Part shown: positions 36,794 through 49,759 of the stretch, in pieces
How positions within the stretch are numbered: the first letter of the stretch is position 1
Layout of the letters: every line of letters begins with the position of its first letter
Assembly (NCBI GenBank): GCA_035084275.1
Contig: CM068775.1
Location: 1,240,001 to 1,304,000, forward strand
Length of the DNA stretch: 64,000 bases
Reading direction: 5' to 3'
DNA from: Hydrolagus colliei
Taxonomy: Eukaryota
Translations under genes and position numbers: made by a program
The notes under the pieces: model-generated
Told to the model about the DNA's origin: nothing
The model's input: the letters and a program-made list of their open reading frames with translations, nothing else
Databases searched by the model: none

Positions 36794-36934
36794 TTCTGTC
36801 TTGAACTCTTCTTCCAGGGAAATACAACATTTTGTTGACTTAATTGCTGTCACAGTTAAACTCTGGTTTGGTAAGTAATGTCATCACCGGCAAGTGAGTT
36901 ATTGAAAGGGTTAAACTGAATACAAATAGAAGTT

Positions 36935-37090
36935 TAATACATAGAAAGAGGCTTATTAGGAAAATAGAGGCCCACGGCGTTAAAGGGACAGTGGCAGCAT
37001 GGATCCACAACTGGCTGCGAGACAGAAAGCAGAGAGTTGTGGTGAGTGGCTGCTTTTCAAACTGGAGGGAAGTGTGCAGTGGATCCCCCA
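36935..37090 (+). mobile_element. Short CR1 RT fragment
   Basis: VKGTVAAWIHNWLRDRKQRVVVSGCFS, near-identical to the CR1 at 9928-12514. Confidence 0.8.
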
Positions 37091-38470
37091 GGTATCAGTT
37101 GTTGTGGTTGTTTCCATCACCAATACTTTTCCTGAAATATTCAAACATATTACAAACACACCGGAGGCTGCTTTCAATTCTCAGCTCTGTGATTTCAGTT
37201 GGTTAAACTCCAGCAGTTCCCCAAAGCTCACACTCTGGTTCCTCAGCCTTGGGTCTTGCTGACCTGGTCCAAATACTGTCTGGAATCAGGTAAACAGGAT
37301 GTGTCCTCCTTGTAAAGCTTGTTCATTCCATTCCAAACATAGCAATTCCCATGTGTGGGTAGCATGGACCTCACTAACTTGCATTGAGCTTGACAATGGG
37401 TTTGTGACACCCAGCTGACAAGATGTTATTATAGATAATCTGTTACAATATATTTCATTACAAAACTTTGATACATAAATACCAGATTATATTATAGATG
37501 AAGTGGGTATGTGATGAACTATGATGGCTAAGAAGTTGGTCTCAACATGGTAGGGTTGATGACATTGTTTACTTATTGAAAATGAAGATTTGATATAAAG
37601 TACTGTAGCTCGATGTGCAATCCTGTAACTCAGTGGTTAGAGCACTAATTTTAAAAGTGAGATACATGGTGGTTGATTCCCAGAACAACAGGGTGAAACC
37701 TTGGGTGTAGAGTTTCCTCACTCCACATGCCTGATAATCGTCTCTCACAAAAAACAATAATAAAATTGATCATTTCAATTCACTACTTTTTTGTGGGATA
37801 CTGCTATGAGCAATTGGCTGCCCACCAATATACAGTCAATAATTATGTTATATTCTGTGAGGTGCTTTGAGACGTCTAGAAGACATGAAAAGGCACAATA
37901 TCACATGCAAGGATTGTTATAATCAAAGATTACAATAATCACAGCTGCCAATTCAATGACAATCACTGACAGTAGAAATGCAAAAGTACTTAGTTGCGTA
38001 ATGTGGTTACATTATCATGATTAGACAGAGGATCCTTTGACTCTGTGGATTCCTATTGTGTATCACTATGAGGCCAAGATAGTATTGGGAAAGAGCATGG
38101 CAGAGTTCAGGGAATTTAGTGTTTTTTTCAGATTTTCAATTAAAAAAAAAAATTTGCCCCCCAAAATTTATATTGAGCAGTCATGTATATAGCTCAGTGT
38201 TTAGAGCATTCACCGAGTAAGCCAGTGGCCTGGGTTCGATTCCCACATGGACAAAACATTTTTCCTTATGCCACATGCCTCTGTTTACCTAGCAGTATAC
38301 AGTTCTCATTAGAATACTCTCGTGTTTGTTCATTGGTCTGGAACTAATGGCATTCATTATTCAAGTTGTACCTTCACATTCGCTATAAGTATAAATTTAT
38401 TTCAGTGTGAGCTCAGTGAGTTGATTGAAGCCTCCACTTCAGCAGGAAACACCAGAATGTGAAACAGGGC

Positions 38471-38540
38471 ATGGAATTTCCAACACTATACACTATAGTA
38501 GCTATTTACTACCCCATTCTGGTAGCTTTTGGAATTCCTG
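38471..38540 (+). CDS. GPCR gene 2, coding exon 1
   Basis: ATG 38471, MEFPTLYTIVAIYYPILVAFGIP, phase-1 donor G|GTAATT at 38541. Confidence 0.85.
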
Positions 38541-39159
38541 GTAATTCTATTTGTTTTCATGTAATGCCAATTGCGAATAGATGAGTTCAATTGGCACTTG
38601 ATATAGTGCCTTATGATGTCTTCTGGAAATCTCAAATTAGAAATCTCAAAGCAATTCAAAGAATATCTGGTAAAGTGAAATAACTGTTGGTGAAAGGCGA
38701 CAGCTAATTGTGTGTTTCCATGTTTACAAATTATCGTTGCTTGAAATTATCAATTTTATGATCTTTTGATGATGGATTATTACCAGTGGTGGAGTAAGGA
38801 AACTTGCTGAAGGTTTGCCCTGACCTGCCTAGAATCAAACCCAGATGAATCGCTTGAGGACTCGGTGACTGCTCTAATCACTCAGCTACAGACTTGGCTA
38901 CAGAAATGGGGATAACCAAGGCTGTGAATCTAAATGTATAACTTGATCTGAGATATGGTTCAGACTCAAAGAGCCAAAATATCTCAGTTCTCTAGTAAAT
39001 ATATGTGATTACATAATAACTTTTCTGAATTCAATAAAACAGAATAAAAAATGGACACACAATTTGTGGCTTTTACCCTAGCTGAGTTATTCAGAGAAGG
39101 CACTGATTAATTGTACTATAATATTTTGGAACCATTTTGCTGGGATTTGAATATTACAA

Positions 39160-40900
39160 GAAGAGCAAAATTACATTTATTGAGATCCTTTCATATCGGG
39201 AGGTCATCCCAAGGCACTGAACAGTTGGATCGGGACTTGAGCAAGGGAGAGCAGTAGGTGGGATCGGCAAGAGAGAGTTCGGTTGGGAGGGAGAGAGTTG
39301 GGAGGGGAGCAGAAAGCATGATCGAAGAGGAGGGTCTTGATACCAGCTTTGAGGGAGGCAAGGGAGAAATCCATGTGAAGGGACTGTGGGATGGAGTACC
39401 GGCGATGGTAGGATGGGTCAGGAAGGGGACATAGAACAATGAACGGAGGGGTTGGGAAGGATCATAGGGTGACAGCAGGACGGAGAGATAGGAAGGACTT
39501 GAAAGTGAGGATGAGGATCCTGAATTCTGAGGATGGTAAGCCAATGGAGCCGGGCAAGGGTGAGATGCAGTCGCAGAGCTTGATGCAGGTGAGGACATGA
39601 GCTGCAGAGTTCTGGATGATCTGCAGATTGTGAAAGGAAGAGCCAGAATGGACAGAGAGGAGGGAGTTTCCATAGACGAGCCTTGATGTGATGAATGTAT
39701 GGACAAGGGTTTTGGAAGACTGAGGTGTGAGGCAGTGGCAGGGTCTATCAAGTTGCGAAGGTGGTGGAAGCAGCAGTGGTCATAGCGTGGATGTGGGGGA
39801 AGAAAGATACGCTTCTGATTGGCTTTGCGAGGTGGAGAGTGCAGCCTTGGATGCTGATGTTGCCTGCACATGAGGTGCGGAGCTGCCAATGTGAGCCAAT
39901 CAAGAAGGCATCAGTCTTGCCGTCATTCAACTGGAGAAAGTTGTCTCTTGTCCTGAACTCGTTGACAGACCAACACAACTTCAGGATGCTGGGATTACGA
40001 GAATTGAGGGTGGAAGCAGCAAGGTAGAGCGTAAGAAGTAGGAGCAGGAGTAGGCCATTCGGCCCTTCGATCCTGCCCCACCATTCAATCATGGCTGATA
40101 TTTCTTTCTAACTCAAGCTACCTACCTTATTCCCATACCACTTAATTCCTTTATAAGAGTTGGGTTTCATCCGCACACATGTGGAAATTTACCCCATGTC
40201 TGCAGATTATGTCACAGAGGGGGGCATATACAGTGTGCAGAGAAGTGGACCAAGGACAGAGACCTGAGGAACGCTGCATGAGACAATGCAGGGGCGAGAG
40301 GAAAAGCCATTAGTGGAAGCTAAGTGTAGGCGGTGTGAAAGATAGGACTGGAAAGAGTAAAGGACAGATCCTTGAAAGTTCACATGGGAGGAGAGGTGGT
40401 GGATGATTGAGTGGTCAGGATATAATTTGTGACCATGACCAGAGCAGTTTCCGTGGTGTAGGCAGCAAGGAAGACTAATTCGAGGGGATCATGGAGGTAA
40501 TTGATGAGAGAAAGTAGGGAATCAGTGAGGCAACGACATTTTCAAGGACATTCATGGAGGATTTCATGGTGATGACAAAGGATGGGGAGACAGGTTCGAA
40601 TGTGTGGAAGGAGGGATGGTTAGACATTGGGGTGTGGTGTGGGTGGTGCAGAGGGGGTGGAAGTTGGAAGGGTGGTAACAGTTGAGCGCATTCCCTCAAT
40701 TTTGGACTCGAAAAAATCCAGCATCTCCGCACAGTGGGAGTTGGAGAAGAGGATCTGAGAGATATGATGGGTAGGGCGAAGTAGCCGGTTTGTTGTGCAC
40801 AACAGGAACTTATGGTTGTTCTTCACCTCCAGGATTATTCTGGAGTAGAAGTACGATTTGGAGGAGACCAGAGCAGAGAGCTAGTTTTTGACGTGGTCCA
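39160..40900 (-). mobile_element. L2-clade LINE fragments in the GPCR2 intron
   Basis: NFLQLNDGKTDAFLIGSH and similar frameshifted RT pieces. Confidence 0.7.
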
Positions 40901-41256
40901 GCCAGATATGCCAGTGGACCATTAGACCAGATGTGAGCCAGGTGTGTTCAACGGCCGGCACCTGGCCTTTGAGTAACAAGAGGTGGCTGGTGAACTAGGG
41001 TGAGGTTTGAGAGTAACACTTTGGAAAAAAATGAGGAGAAATAATTTTGCTGATTGTTTAATGCACGCTACCTAAGAACAAGGCCACTATTCGAATCTGT
41101 ATGAAAGGTTTGCTAAAGGTTTGAGATATGGACAATGTTCTCAAGGAATTGAATCAACTCAAAGGATAAGCAATCAAAAATGACACAGCATTAAGCTCCT
41201 CATCTCACACCTGTATTCACGTGAATAATTTTTCCTATTTTCTTACTTTCACGCAG

Positions 41257-42218
41257 TTAATTTGCTGGCGATTGTGATCCTGTCAAGAGGAAACTGTGGT
41301 CTCTCAAAGTGCGTCACTCGCTATCTGGTGGCCATGGCAGCCACAGATCTCCTGGTTGTATTCGTGGATGTGTTGTTGAACAAAATTAACAATCTGTATT
41401 TCCCATTAAGTTTCTTATTCTACACTCCAGTGTGTAGTGTTAGATTTGTGTTGCTGGTTGCAGCATTTCTCATGTCTTTGTGGTTCACTGCTGCTTTCAC
41501 TTTTGACCGATTTGTCGCCATTTGCTGCCAAAAGCTGAAACCAACATATGGCACGGAGAGAACGGCCACAGTGGTTATTGTAACTCTGTCTGTTATTTGC
41601 TGCTCAGTCAGCATTCCCTGTTACTTTTCACTTGTTCCTCAGTTGATAATTAACAATACCCCGTGGTACTGTGTCTTCAAACCAAACTTTTATACTTTGC
41701 TCACCTGGAAATTATACGAAAGGTTTATCCGTGTTTTTAATCCACTGTTTGTGTTTGCTTTGATTTGCCTGTTCAACGCTGTGATTATCAGACACATTCT
41801 GATGGCCAGTAAAGTCCGCAGGAGGCTTCGGGGTCAGAGAAAGGCTGAGAAAACAATTGATCCCGAGTTGGAAAACCGGAGAAAATCTGTCATTTTACTG
41901 TTCGCCATATCAGGCAGTTTTATAGTTTTGTGGACAACTTATATTCTACATTCTTTGATATGGCAACTTTCCAATTATAATTATAGCGAAACATTGGTCA
42001 ATAACACCCGATATATTGTCCAAGAAACCGGAACCATGCTGCAAAGGTTGAATTGCTGTACAAACACCTTTATATATGCATTAACTCAGACTAAGTTCAG
42101 AGAGGAGTTTAAGAAAGGGTTAGTTTATCCCTTTCATATCATTGCTAAATTAATGGTAAAACATCATAAACACAAGGAAGGAAAGAAATTGGTGGCAAAC
42201 ACGGTTCAACTTCAGTAA
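41257..42218 (+). CDS. GPCR gene 2, exon 2; class A 7TM receptor, GPR139/142-like; spliced product about 343 aa
   Basis: Acceptor TTCACGCAG|TT; intact ORF with FDRF and NTFIY; longer C-tail than its paralogs. Confidence 0.92.
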
Positions 42219-43099
42219 CATTGGTTAACATTCAGTTACATCTTCACAAACAGGGAAGCCTTCCATCATTATGAGCAGATATTAATTATTCATAACATAT
42301 ACATAGCTGCCGTCCAAATAATTGCTGGTATTATACATTTATTACACTTCAAGTCAGGGGGATGTACCAAGGCACTAAACAGTGGCGGATTCATCCTGTA
42401 CTTTGTGGGTGGGGAATATATTGATTGGGAAGCAATTTGTTTGTAGTATATATATATAACTACTGGAAAATAAATAAAATTGATTGAGCTCTGACAACAG
42501 CTTAACGGCTTTCCATGATTTGCCCGTCCTCACTAGATCATGGGCTAGACAGAGAATAATATGCCGAGTCACAAGTGCACAGGATGTGAGATTTCCACCA
42601 ATCTCTGTGGAGAAGGTGATATGTCCATTCCCTATGGAGCTCGGACTGTCAAAGTCAAACACTGCCAAAAATTTATTAAACAATAAAAGACATGTAACTC
42701 AAAACTGTCTGAAGTTGTTGGGTCCCGTAGCATAGTGTTTGGATAACACACTTGGCAAGGGAGTGGACTCAGCTTCAATTGCCTGGCCGGATAATAATTG
42801 GACATGTTTTCATACTACAAACACCTCTGTTTACCTAGAAATGAGAAGTAACCCATCTGTTGGTCGATCACTTTTCTGGGGTAATAATGCCTTCCAGAAA
42901 CAATCTGAATAATAATGTGGTCACTCAATCCCTAACTGTTTGTGGGACACTTGCTGTGTGTGATCAGCTGCAATGCGTCACCAACAAAATACACAGTTAA
43001 TATACCGTTAATTCACTTTAGAGTATATCCTGTGAAGCATATCGAAGGTAATGTATAACATACAAGGATTATTATTATTGTCCCTTCTGCATAAGTCAT

Positions 43100-45970
43100 C
43101 TTGCTGTCAATATTACAACTGGGTGGCCGCCCAGTAAAAGTGTGTCTGTGACACCGGGCATCACAGAGCACATACTGTGGGCACACACTGCAGTTACACC
43201 TGGTGGCCACACCCGCTGACTGTGGCGCTGTGGCGTCCTGCACAGAGAAATCTCAACAGTGACAACAACAAAATGACATGTTTAAAGCACAGAGTCCTCC
43301 CACAGGAGCCTTCCCAATGGTCATTGTGTACATAGTGAAGACTGAGATTGATAGATTTGTAAAGGAGAGAGGCATTCAGACACAATGGGCTGACTGTCAT
43401 CCTCGAGTGCTGTATAATTCTATGATTGAACACATTTTATCTATTAATATTACTTTTTATTCTACCATTACTGATTTACCAATCACAGCCACTTGAGATG
43501 ACCTGACAGCTGCTTTTGTTGTTGTTGCTGTTGGAGTGAAGGGCAATAATGTATGAAAGGTCAGGCTGTGGGCTCTGTGGTGTGAGGGCAGGAAGCTGAT
43601 CACTGATTGACTGCAGACAATCACAGCCGCTTCCTGACAATTGTGTTGTGAGTTTCTGCCCAACCTGAAGGCAGCTTGACTCATCCTGTGTCTTTCCAGC
43701 AAGAAGTCTTTAGATACAAACAGCAGCATCTTGTGTAGGGTTTTGCAAATGAGCTGATCTGCAACTTAAACATCTGTTCTATAACATCTGCAAATTATCA
43801 TTTCCTGTAAACGTAAAAGTCAGAAAAATATGCCTGAATAGCAAAGAAATAAATGACACAGAACTATCCATATTTCTGTTCATTGATCAGGAAATCCAGC
43901 CTCTCTTAATGATTGTTTTATGTAATAATACTACAGAAAAGGTTTTTTTTTATCAAAGCCGGAATATTTTGTGAGGTGACCATGGAGCTGTTCTGTGTCT
44001 TGTTGTCTAGGAGCCATGAGTAACAAAAATACTTGGATTTGATGTAGCGCTTTTCACATCTTCTAAACTGTGTCTCAAAGCGTTTCACAGAATATACTTT
44101 AAAGTGGATTGACTCTATAGTTGTTGGCGAAACACGGCAGCTAATTGCACAAAGCAATGTCCTGGATTGAAACGACCAAATTGTTATAGGTTTCTTTGGG
44201 ATGCATTATTATTCAACATGTGGAGTAAGGAAACTTGCCCAAAGCATCGCCCTGCATGGAATTGAAACACAAGTCTCACGCTTGACAGTCGAGGGCTCCA
44301 ACCATTGAGCTACAGGAATCCTCAGTGATGATAAGTTTCCTGCTATGCGGGATTGATGTTATGCTCACAGGTTTGCTGTAAGATAGGAGGCCTTGTCGAT
44401 CTTGTACAGTTTCCAGATCCAGTGCCCAAAGGAGAATTCAAGATTCAGCGGTGGATCCACATGTCTCACTGTAGAGTCCTGTATCTCAGGGGTTAGAGCA
44501 CTCACCTCGCAAGCCAGAGACAAGGGTTTGATACCTGGCAGGACAAAGCCTTGGGCAAGTTTCCTTACACCACACTTCTGATAATAAGCGATCAAGATAA
44601 TAAAATAATAATAAATTACTGAAACCACTTCTGATACAAGCTTCATGTTATTTCTTCCCAGTTTCCTTCTCCCGCTTGTCCTGAAGGAGTGTGGCTGGTC
44701 TGACATTACACTGGGCTCCCACTGCACCAGCAGCCCTCCCCACCTGGCTTCTCACCCCAAGAGAACATTTCATGTCTGGCTTGAAATCATGAGCCGCCAC
44801 ATCAAACCGTTCACCACCATTGCACTATTTCATAACCAATCAAGCTTGTGATTACAGTAAATGCAGGGACTGAGAACAGAGAGGATTATTATTATAAGTG
44901 GACTGAAGGCTGAATTCACTCCCATTATCTTCCAATCCAGAGATAATTATTGAGGCCATGTTTGACATCGACACAGACAATAAGATAGACTTCCTCAAAT
45001 GTAAGACAACAGAGAGGAAAGTAGGAGTAAGGACACATCGACAAGTGATAAAATAGAAAGAAAGAGATTAAAATTGCCAGGAACATAAGTTTTTTTAATA
45101 TCAATATATCCACATCAAAATGCCAGTTGAAATAACAAGAGGATTGATGCCTTCATGCCCATTTGTGATGTGAAATCAGGATTGAAAGAGCAGGAAACAG
45201 GGAGTAATTATCTGCAGATGATCAGAACATCACTAAACTATAGGAAATCATAAATGTTTTAATTAAGGCACAATGTTAATTATTGCACATAAAATAAACA
45301 GTTGCTACACTTTGTAATGCATTTGTGAAGTTCCTTTAGACATTTAATTACAAAGAAAAGGCATTATGTCAAATGCAAGTTTTATGATCAAAAAGATTAT
45401 TATATAAACATAAGAAAATAATAATTGCAGCACAAAAGACACAGGTCCATCTGGATTGCCTTCCACCATCCTGGCCGTCACACATACTTGTCATGTCCTC
45501 AACAATATACTATACCACGAAATATTATTTTCAAAAGTAACCCAGGGCTTCTATTTTTTTCTGCTGCCACTGTCTCCCTAACTTTAACAGTCACTCACTG
45601 AAATAGGGTTCACGTAGGTTTGTGTTGAACTTACCAATTACACACACACACACACACACACACATTAAAGGAAACAATTCATGAGGCTTAAGGGTCAGTG
45701 CTGGGGCTAATACTATTGACTCTTATATTAATATGAAGTTGCTGTCAATGCCAAATGTAAAGGGCACAATTATTGATCTGTGCAGGTCGAAGGGAATGTG
45801 AGGTGTGACTCCCCTCAGTCCTGTAGCTGTTGGTCCATTCTCCAAACACCTGGTCCCACTGCCCCTTGTTAAATAGCGGTCACTGGGGACTGAGGCCAAC
45901 TGTCCATCCGGCAGATCTTTGTCCCTCAGTTATTGGGCTCAATGGTCAGTTCTGCAAATTGCCCAGAAAC
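43100..45970 (+). repeat. Segmental duplication block (V-upstream region), paralog of about 58390-61555
   Basis: Colinear alignment with near-identical islands at about 43100-43290 and 44650-44870. Confidence 0.85.
45790..45970 (+). promoter_or_regulatory. Candidate VH promoter (also about 61375-61555 on + and 28919-29100 on -)
   Basis: Conserved in all three V genes: GTGACTC, CACCTG E-box, TTAAATA at 45869-45875 about 100 bp before the ATG. No ATGCAAAT octamer, as expected for cartilaginous-fish VH promoters. Confidence 0.55.
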
Positions 45971-46308
45971 ATGTGGTCCCTGATATCTCTCAGTCTGTTG
46001 CTGGCTCTCTTCTCCGGTGAGCTCTATTATTGGGACAAGTCTGACTGTGTGTGTGTGTGTGTGTGATTCTCTCTGCAATGTCACAGAGCCGGGATATCTC
46101 ACAATAATTAATCTTTGGTCCTTTGTTCTTTACAGGTGTCCAGGCCGATGTGGTGCTGACACAGCCATCGTCTCTAACCGGGAAGCCTGGCCAGGCCCTG
46201 AGACTCACTTGTAGAACCAGCGGGTTTGATCTCAGCAAATATGGCATGAACTGGGTCCGGCAAGTTCCTGGGAAGGGGCTGGAGTGGCTGCTCTACATTT
46301 CGTACACA
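45971..46308 (+). pseudogene. IGHV: IgH V pseudogene B: leader 45971-46016, V exon 46136 to truncation at about 46308 (CDR2)
   Basis: [26 protein letters not shown]...[19 protein letters not shown], then an abrupt switch to sequence paralogous to 36248 onward; no FR3 and no RSS. Confidence 0.93.
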
Positions 46309-46741
46309 GAGGTGTGGTGAGTAAGGAAACTTGGCCAATATTTGGAATAGAACCCAGGTCTCCCGTTAACGAGGTGAGCTACAGGACTCCACAATCATGA
46401 TTTCTGGCATAATCAATACTTGTCTAACCTCACTTGTTGTGGAACTCTATTCTCTCAGTGCCCTGAAAGCTGAGGTAGTCGGTTGTTTGAGTTGAGGAGG
46501 TCCTGAGTGTAACTTTTGTTGCTGATCATGAGTCAAACTGTGTATTCATACAATAATCCTGGGGGAAACGTGAGACATTATTTGTAATCAAATGAGGTGA
46601 AATCATCCATCTAACCTACCGTCCGTCCGTCCGTCCGTCCATCAGTCCGTCAATCCGTCCATCAGTCCGTCAGTCAGTCAGTCAGTCAATCAATACACTT
46701 GTTTATTTTGCGCCAAAAATAGATTAGTTTCAGAATAGGAT

Positions 46742-46815
46742 CAACCCTGGGTGGGCTTCACCCACCGACCTTTCAGTTACCAGTTGAACGTGCTAACCAA
46801 TTGCGCCACAGAGAC
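46742..46815 (-). tRNA. tRNA-Asn-derived pseudogene, paralog of 36721-36793
   Basis: GTCTCTGTGGCGCAATTGGTTAGCACGTTCAACTGGTAACTGAAAGGTCGGTGG...CCCACCCAGGG; anticodon reads GGT, B-box damaged. Confidence 0.8.
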
Positions 46816-47232
46816 TTCTGCCTTGAATCCTTCTTCCAGGAAAATACAGCATTTTGTTGACTTAATTGTTGTCACTGGTAAACTCTGGATTGATAAGAAA
46901 TGACAACATCTGTAAGTGAGTTATTCAAAGGTTCAATCTATATGCAAATAGAAGTTTAATAGATAGAAAATGATCATGGTGGAGACACTGAGATAGATTT
47001 CCAGAGGCTGGTGCCTTGTCAATAGAGGGCAACACCATTGGTGACATTGAAGGGATGGGGCAGACACATTTCAACAGTGGGCGTAACATCTGTGCAAGTA
47101 AATGTGATATATAAATATTATTTATCACAATACCTGTTGTCGTAACGAAAGAAACAGATTTGTTCCCTTCAATAGTGTTGGAATGTCCTCCCGACATGAA
47201 CGGCTCTATACATATGTAATACATATGTGGAG

Positions 47233-47345
47233 CCCTGTAGCTCAGTGGTTAGAGCACTCGCCTTACAAGTGTGAGATCTGTGTTAGAATCCAGGCAGATC
47301 AGGGCGAAACCTTGGGCAAGTTTCCTTACTCCATGTGCCCAATAA
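47233..47345 (+). mobile_element. tRNA-derived SINE (family also at about 20570, 37620, 38188, 44480, 48385, 48760, 59960 and in minus-strand copies)
   Basis: GTAGCTCAGTGGTTAGAGCA A-box head followed by AAACCTTGGGCAAGTTTCCTTACTCCA. Confidence 0.75.
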
Positions 47346-49068
47346 TAATCCGTCCAAAAAAACCCACAATAATAAAAATTGGTCATTTCAATCCATGGCT
47401 GGTTGTGGGACGCTGCTGAGTTTCGCCCACAAATATACAGTCGACTTTCCTTCCTTTTTTCCCCCTGCCACGACCCCTCCCCTTTTGCTTCTTTACCCCC
47501 TTTTGCCCCTAGTCCCACTTCCGTGACTGATTGTGGGACACTGCTGTGCGCAATTTGGCTGCCATGTTTCGCCCACTAATACAGTTACTTTTCCTACTAT
47601 GCTTTATCCTGCCCTGATCCTTCCCACCCTGCTCTTGTCCTACCTGACTGTACAGCGCCTTGCGATGTCCTCTCGACGTGAAAGGCGCTATATAAATGTA
47701 AGTTTTGTTTTTTGTTGTTTGAGTGCAATTGGCTGCTGCGATTCACCCAAAAATATACAGTCAATTCACCTTACAGTACATTCTGTGAAGCAATTTGGCA
47801 CGTTGATAAGATGTGAAAACGCAATATCAAATGCAAGGATGATTAACATTATTAATTATTGTTGTTGTTTCCATCACCAATACTTTTCCTGAAATATTCA
47901 AAAAAAATTACAAACACAGCGGAGGCTGCTTTCAATTCTCAGCTCTGTGGTTTCAGTTGGTTAAACTCCAGCAGTTCCCCAAAGCTCACACTCTGGTTCC
48001 TCAGCCTTGGGTCTTGCTGACCTGATCCAAATACTGTCTGGAATCAGGTAAACAGGATGTTTCCTCCTGGTAAAGCTTGTTCATTCCATTCCAAACATAG
48101 CAATTCCCATGTGTGGGTAGTATGGACCTCACTAACTTGCTTTAAGCTTGATAATGGGTTTGTGACACCCAGCTGACAAGATGTTATTATACGTCATAAT
48201 TATAGATATATTTCATTAAGAAACTTTGATACATAAATACTGGTTATATTTTGGTTGAAGGTGGGTAGGTGATGAATTATGAAGGCTTAGATATTGGTCT
48301 CAAAAAACGTAGAGTTTATATTTCATTGTTTACTCACAGAAAATCAACATTCGATGTAAATTTCTGTGGCTCGATGTGGAGTTCTGTAGCTCAGTGGTTG
48401 GTGTACTTGTCTTAACAGTGAGATATGTGGTTGTGCTTCCCAGAGGGTGAAGGTGAAGATATGAAAAGGCGCTATATCACATGCAAGGATTGTTATATTC
48501 AAAGATTACGAAGAAGGCACAGCTGCCGATTCACTGACAATCACTGACAGTAGAAATGCAAAAGTAGTTAGTTGCATAAAGTGGTTGGGTTATCATGATT
48601 AGACAGAGGATCCTCTGACTCGATGGATTCCTATTGTGTATTACAGTACTATGAGGCCAAGATAGTGCAGTATTGGGAAAGACTTTAGGAAATATGATTT
48701 TTTTTCAGATATTCAATTTAAAAAGTAATTTGACCCCGAAATTTCATATTGTGCAGTCGTGTAGCTCAGTGTTTAGAGCACTCACCAAGTAAGCCAATGA
48801 CCTGGATTTGATTCCCAGCAGGATGAAACATTTTGCAAGTTTCCTTGAGCCACACACCTCTGTTTACCTAGCAGAGTGCAATTCTCATGTGAAAACACTA
48901 TTGGTTATTCACTGGTCTGGAATTAATTGCATTAATTACAATCATTAATCAAGTTGCACCATCACATTCACGAAAAGTACAAATTTCTCTCAGTGTGAGC
49001 TCAGTGAGTTGATTGAAGCCTCCAATTCAGCACGAAAACCAGTTTTACACCAGAGTGTAAATCAGGGC

Positions 49069-49138
49069 ATGAAATTTCCAACAGTGTACGCTATAGCAGC
49101 TATTTACTACCCCATTCTGGTAGCATTTGCAATTCCAG
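49069..49138 (+). CDS. GPCR gene 3, coding exon 1
   Basis: ATG 49069, MKFPTVYAIAAIYYPILVAFAIP, phase-1 donor G|GTAATT at 49139. Confidence 0.85.
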
Positions 49139-49759
49139 GTAATTCTATTTGTTTTCATGGTCTGGCAATTGTGAAGAGACGAGTTGAATTGGCATTTTGT
49201 ATGGTGGCTTATCATGTCTTCTAGAAATCTCAAATCAGTTCAAAGAATATACGGCAAAGTGAAATGACTTTGTATTTGTGGGCGAAAGGTGAGAGCTAAT
49301 TGTGTGTTTCCGTGTCCTACAAACTATCATGTATTGAAATTATCAATTTTATTAACTGTTGATGTTGGATTATTACCAATGGTGGAGTGAGGAAACTTGC
49401 TGAAGGTTAGTCCTGACCTGCCTGGAATTGAACACAGATGCATCGCTTGGTGAATGGTCTAATCACTCAGCTACAGGACACGGTTACAGAAATGGGGATA
49501 ACCAGGGCTATGAATCTGAAAGTACAACTTGATCTGAGACCTGGTGCAGACTCAAAGAGCCAAAACATCTCTGTTCTCTTGCAAATCTATACGACTCATA
49601 ATAACTTTTCTGAATTCAAATATAACTATCAAAAATGGACACACAATTTGTGGCTTTTAGACGAACTGGGTTATTCAGAGAAGGCACTGAATAATTGTAG
49701 TATCATATTTTTGAGACATTTTTCTGGGATTTCAACCTTACAACAACAACAATGACAAA

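Larger units (their letters stand above)
46309..49068 (+). repeat. Segmental duplication block (GPCR-upstream region), paralog of about 36245-38470 and partly 9760-12771
   Basis: Colinear SINEs, tRNA-Asn pseudogene and a conserved island are shared. Confidence 0.85.

Noticed and set aside
46300-46320. RAG-mediated origin of the V-B truncation
   Set aside because: No spaced nonamer at the junction; 3-nt ACA microhomology explains it more simply.
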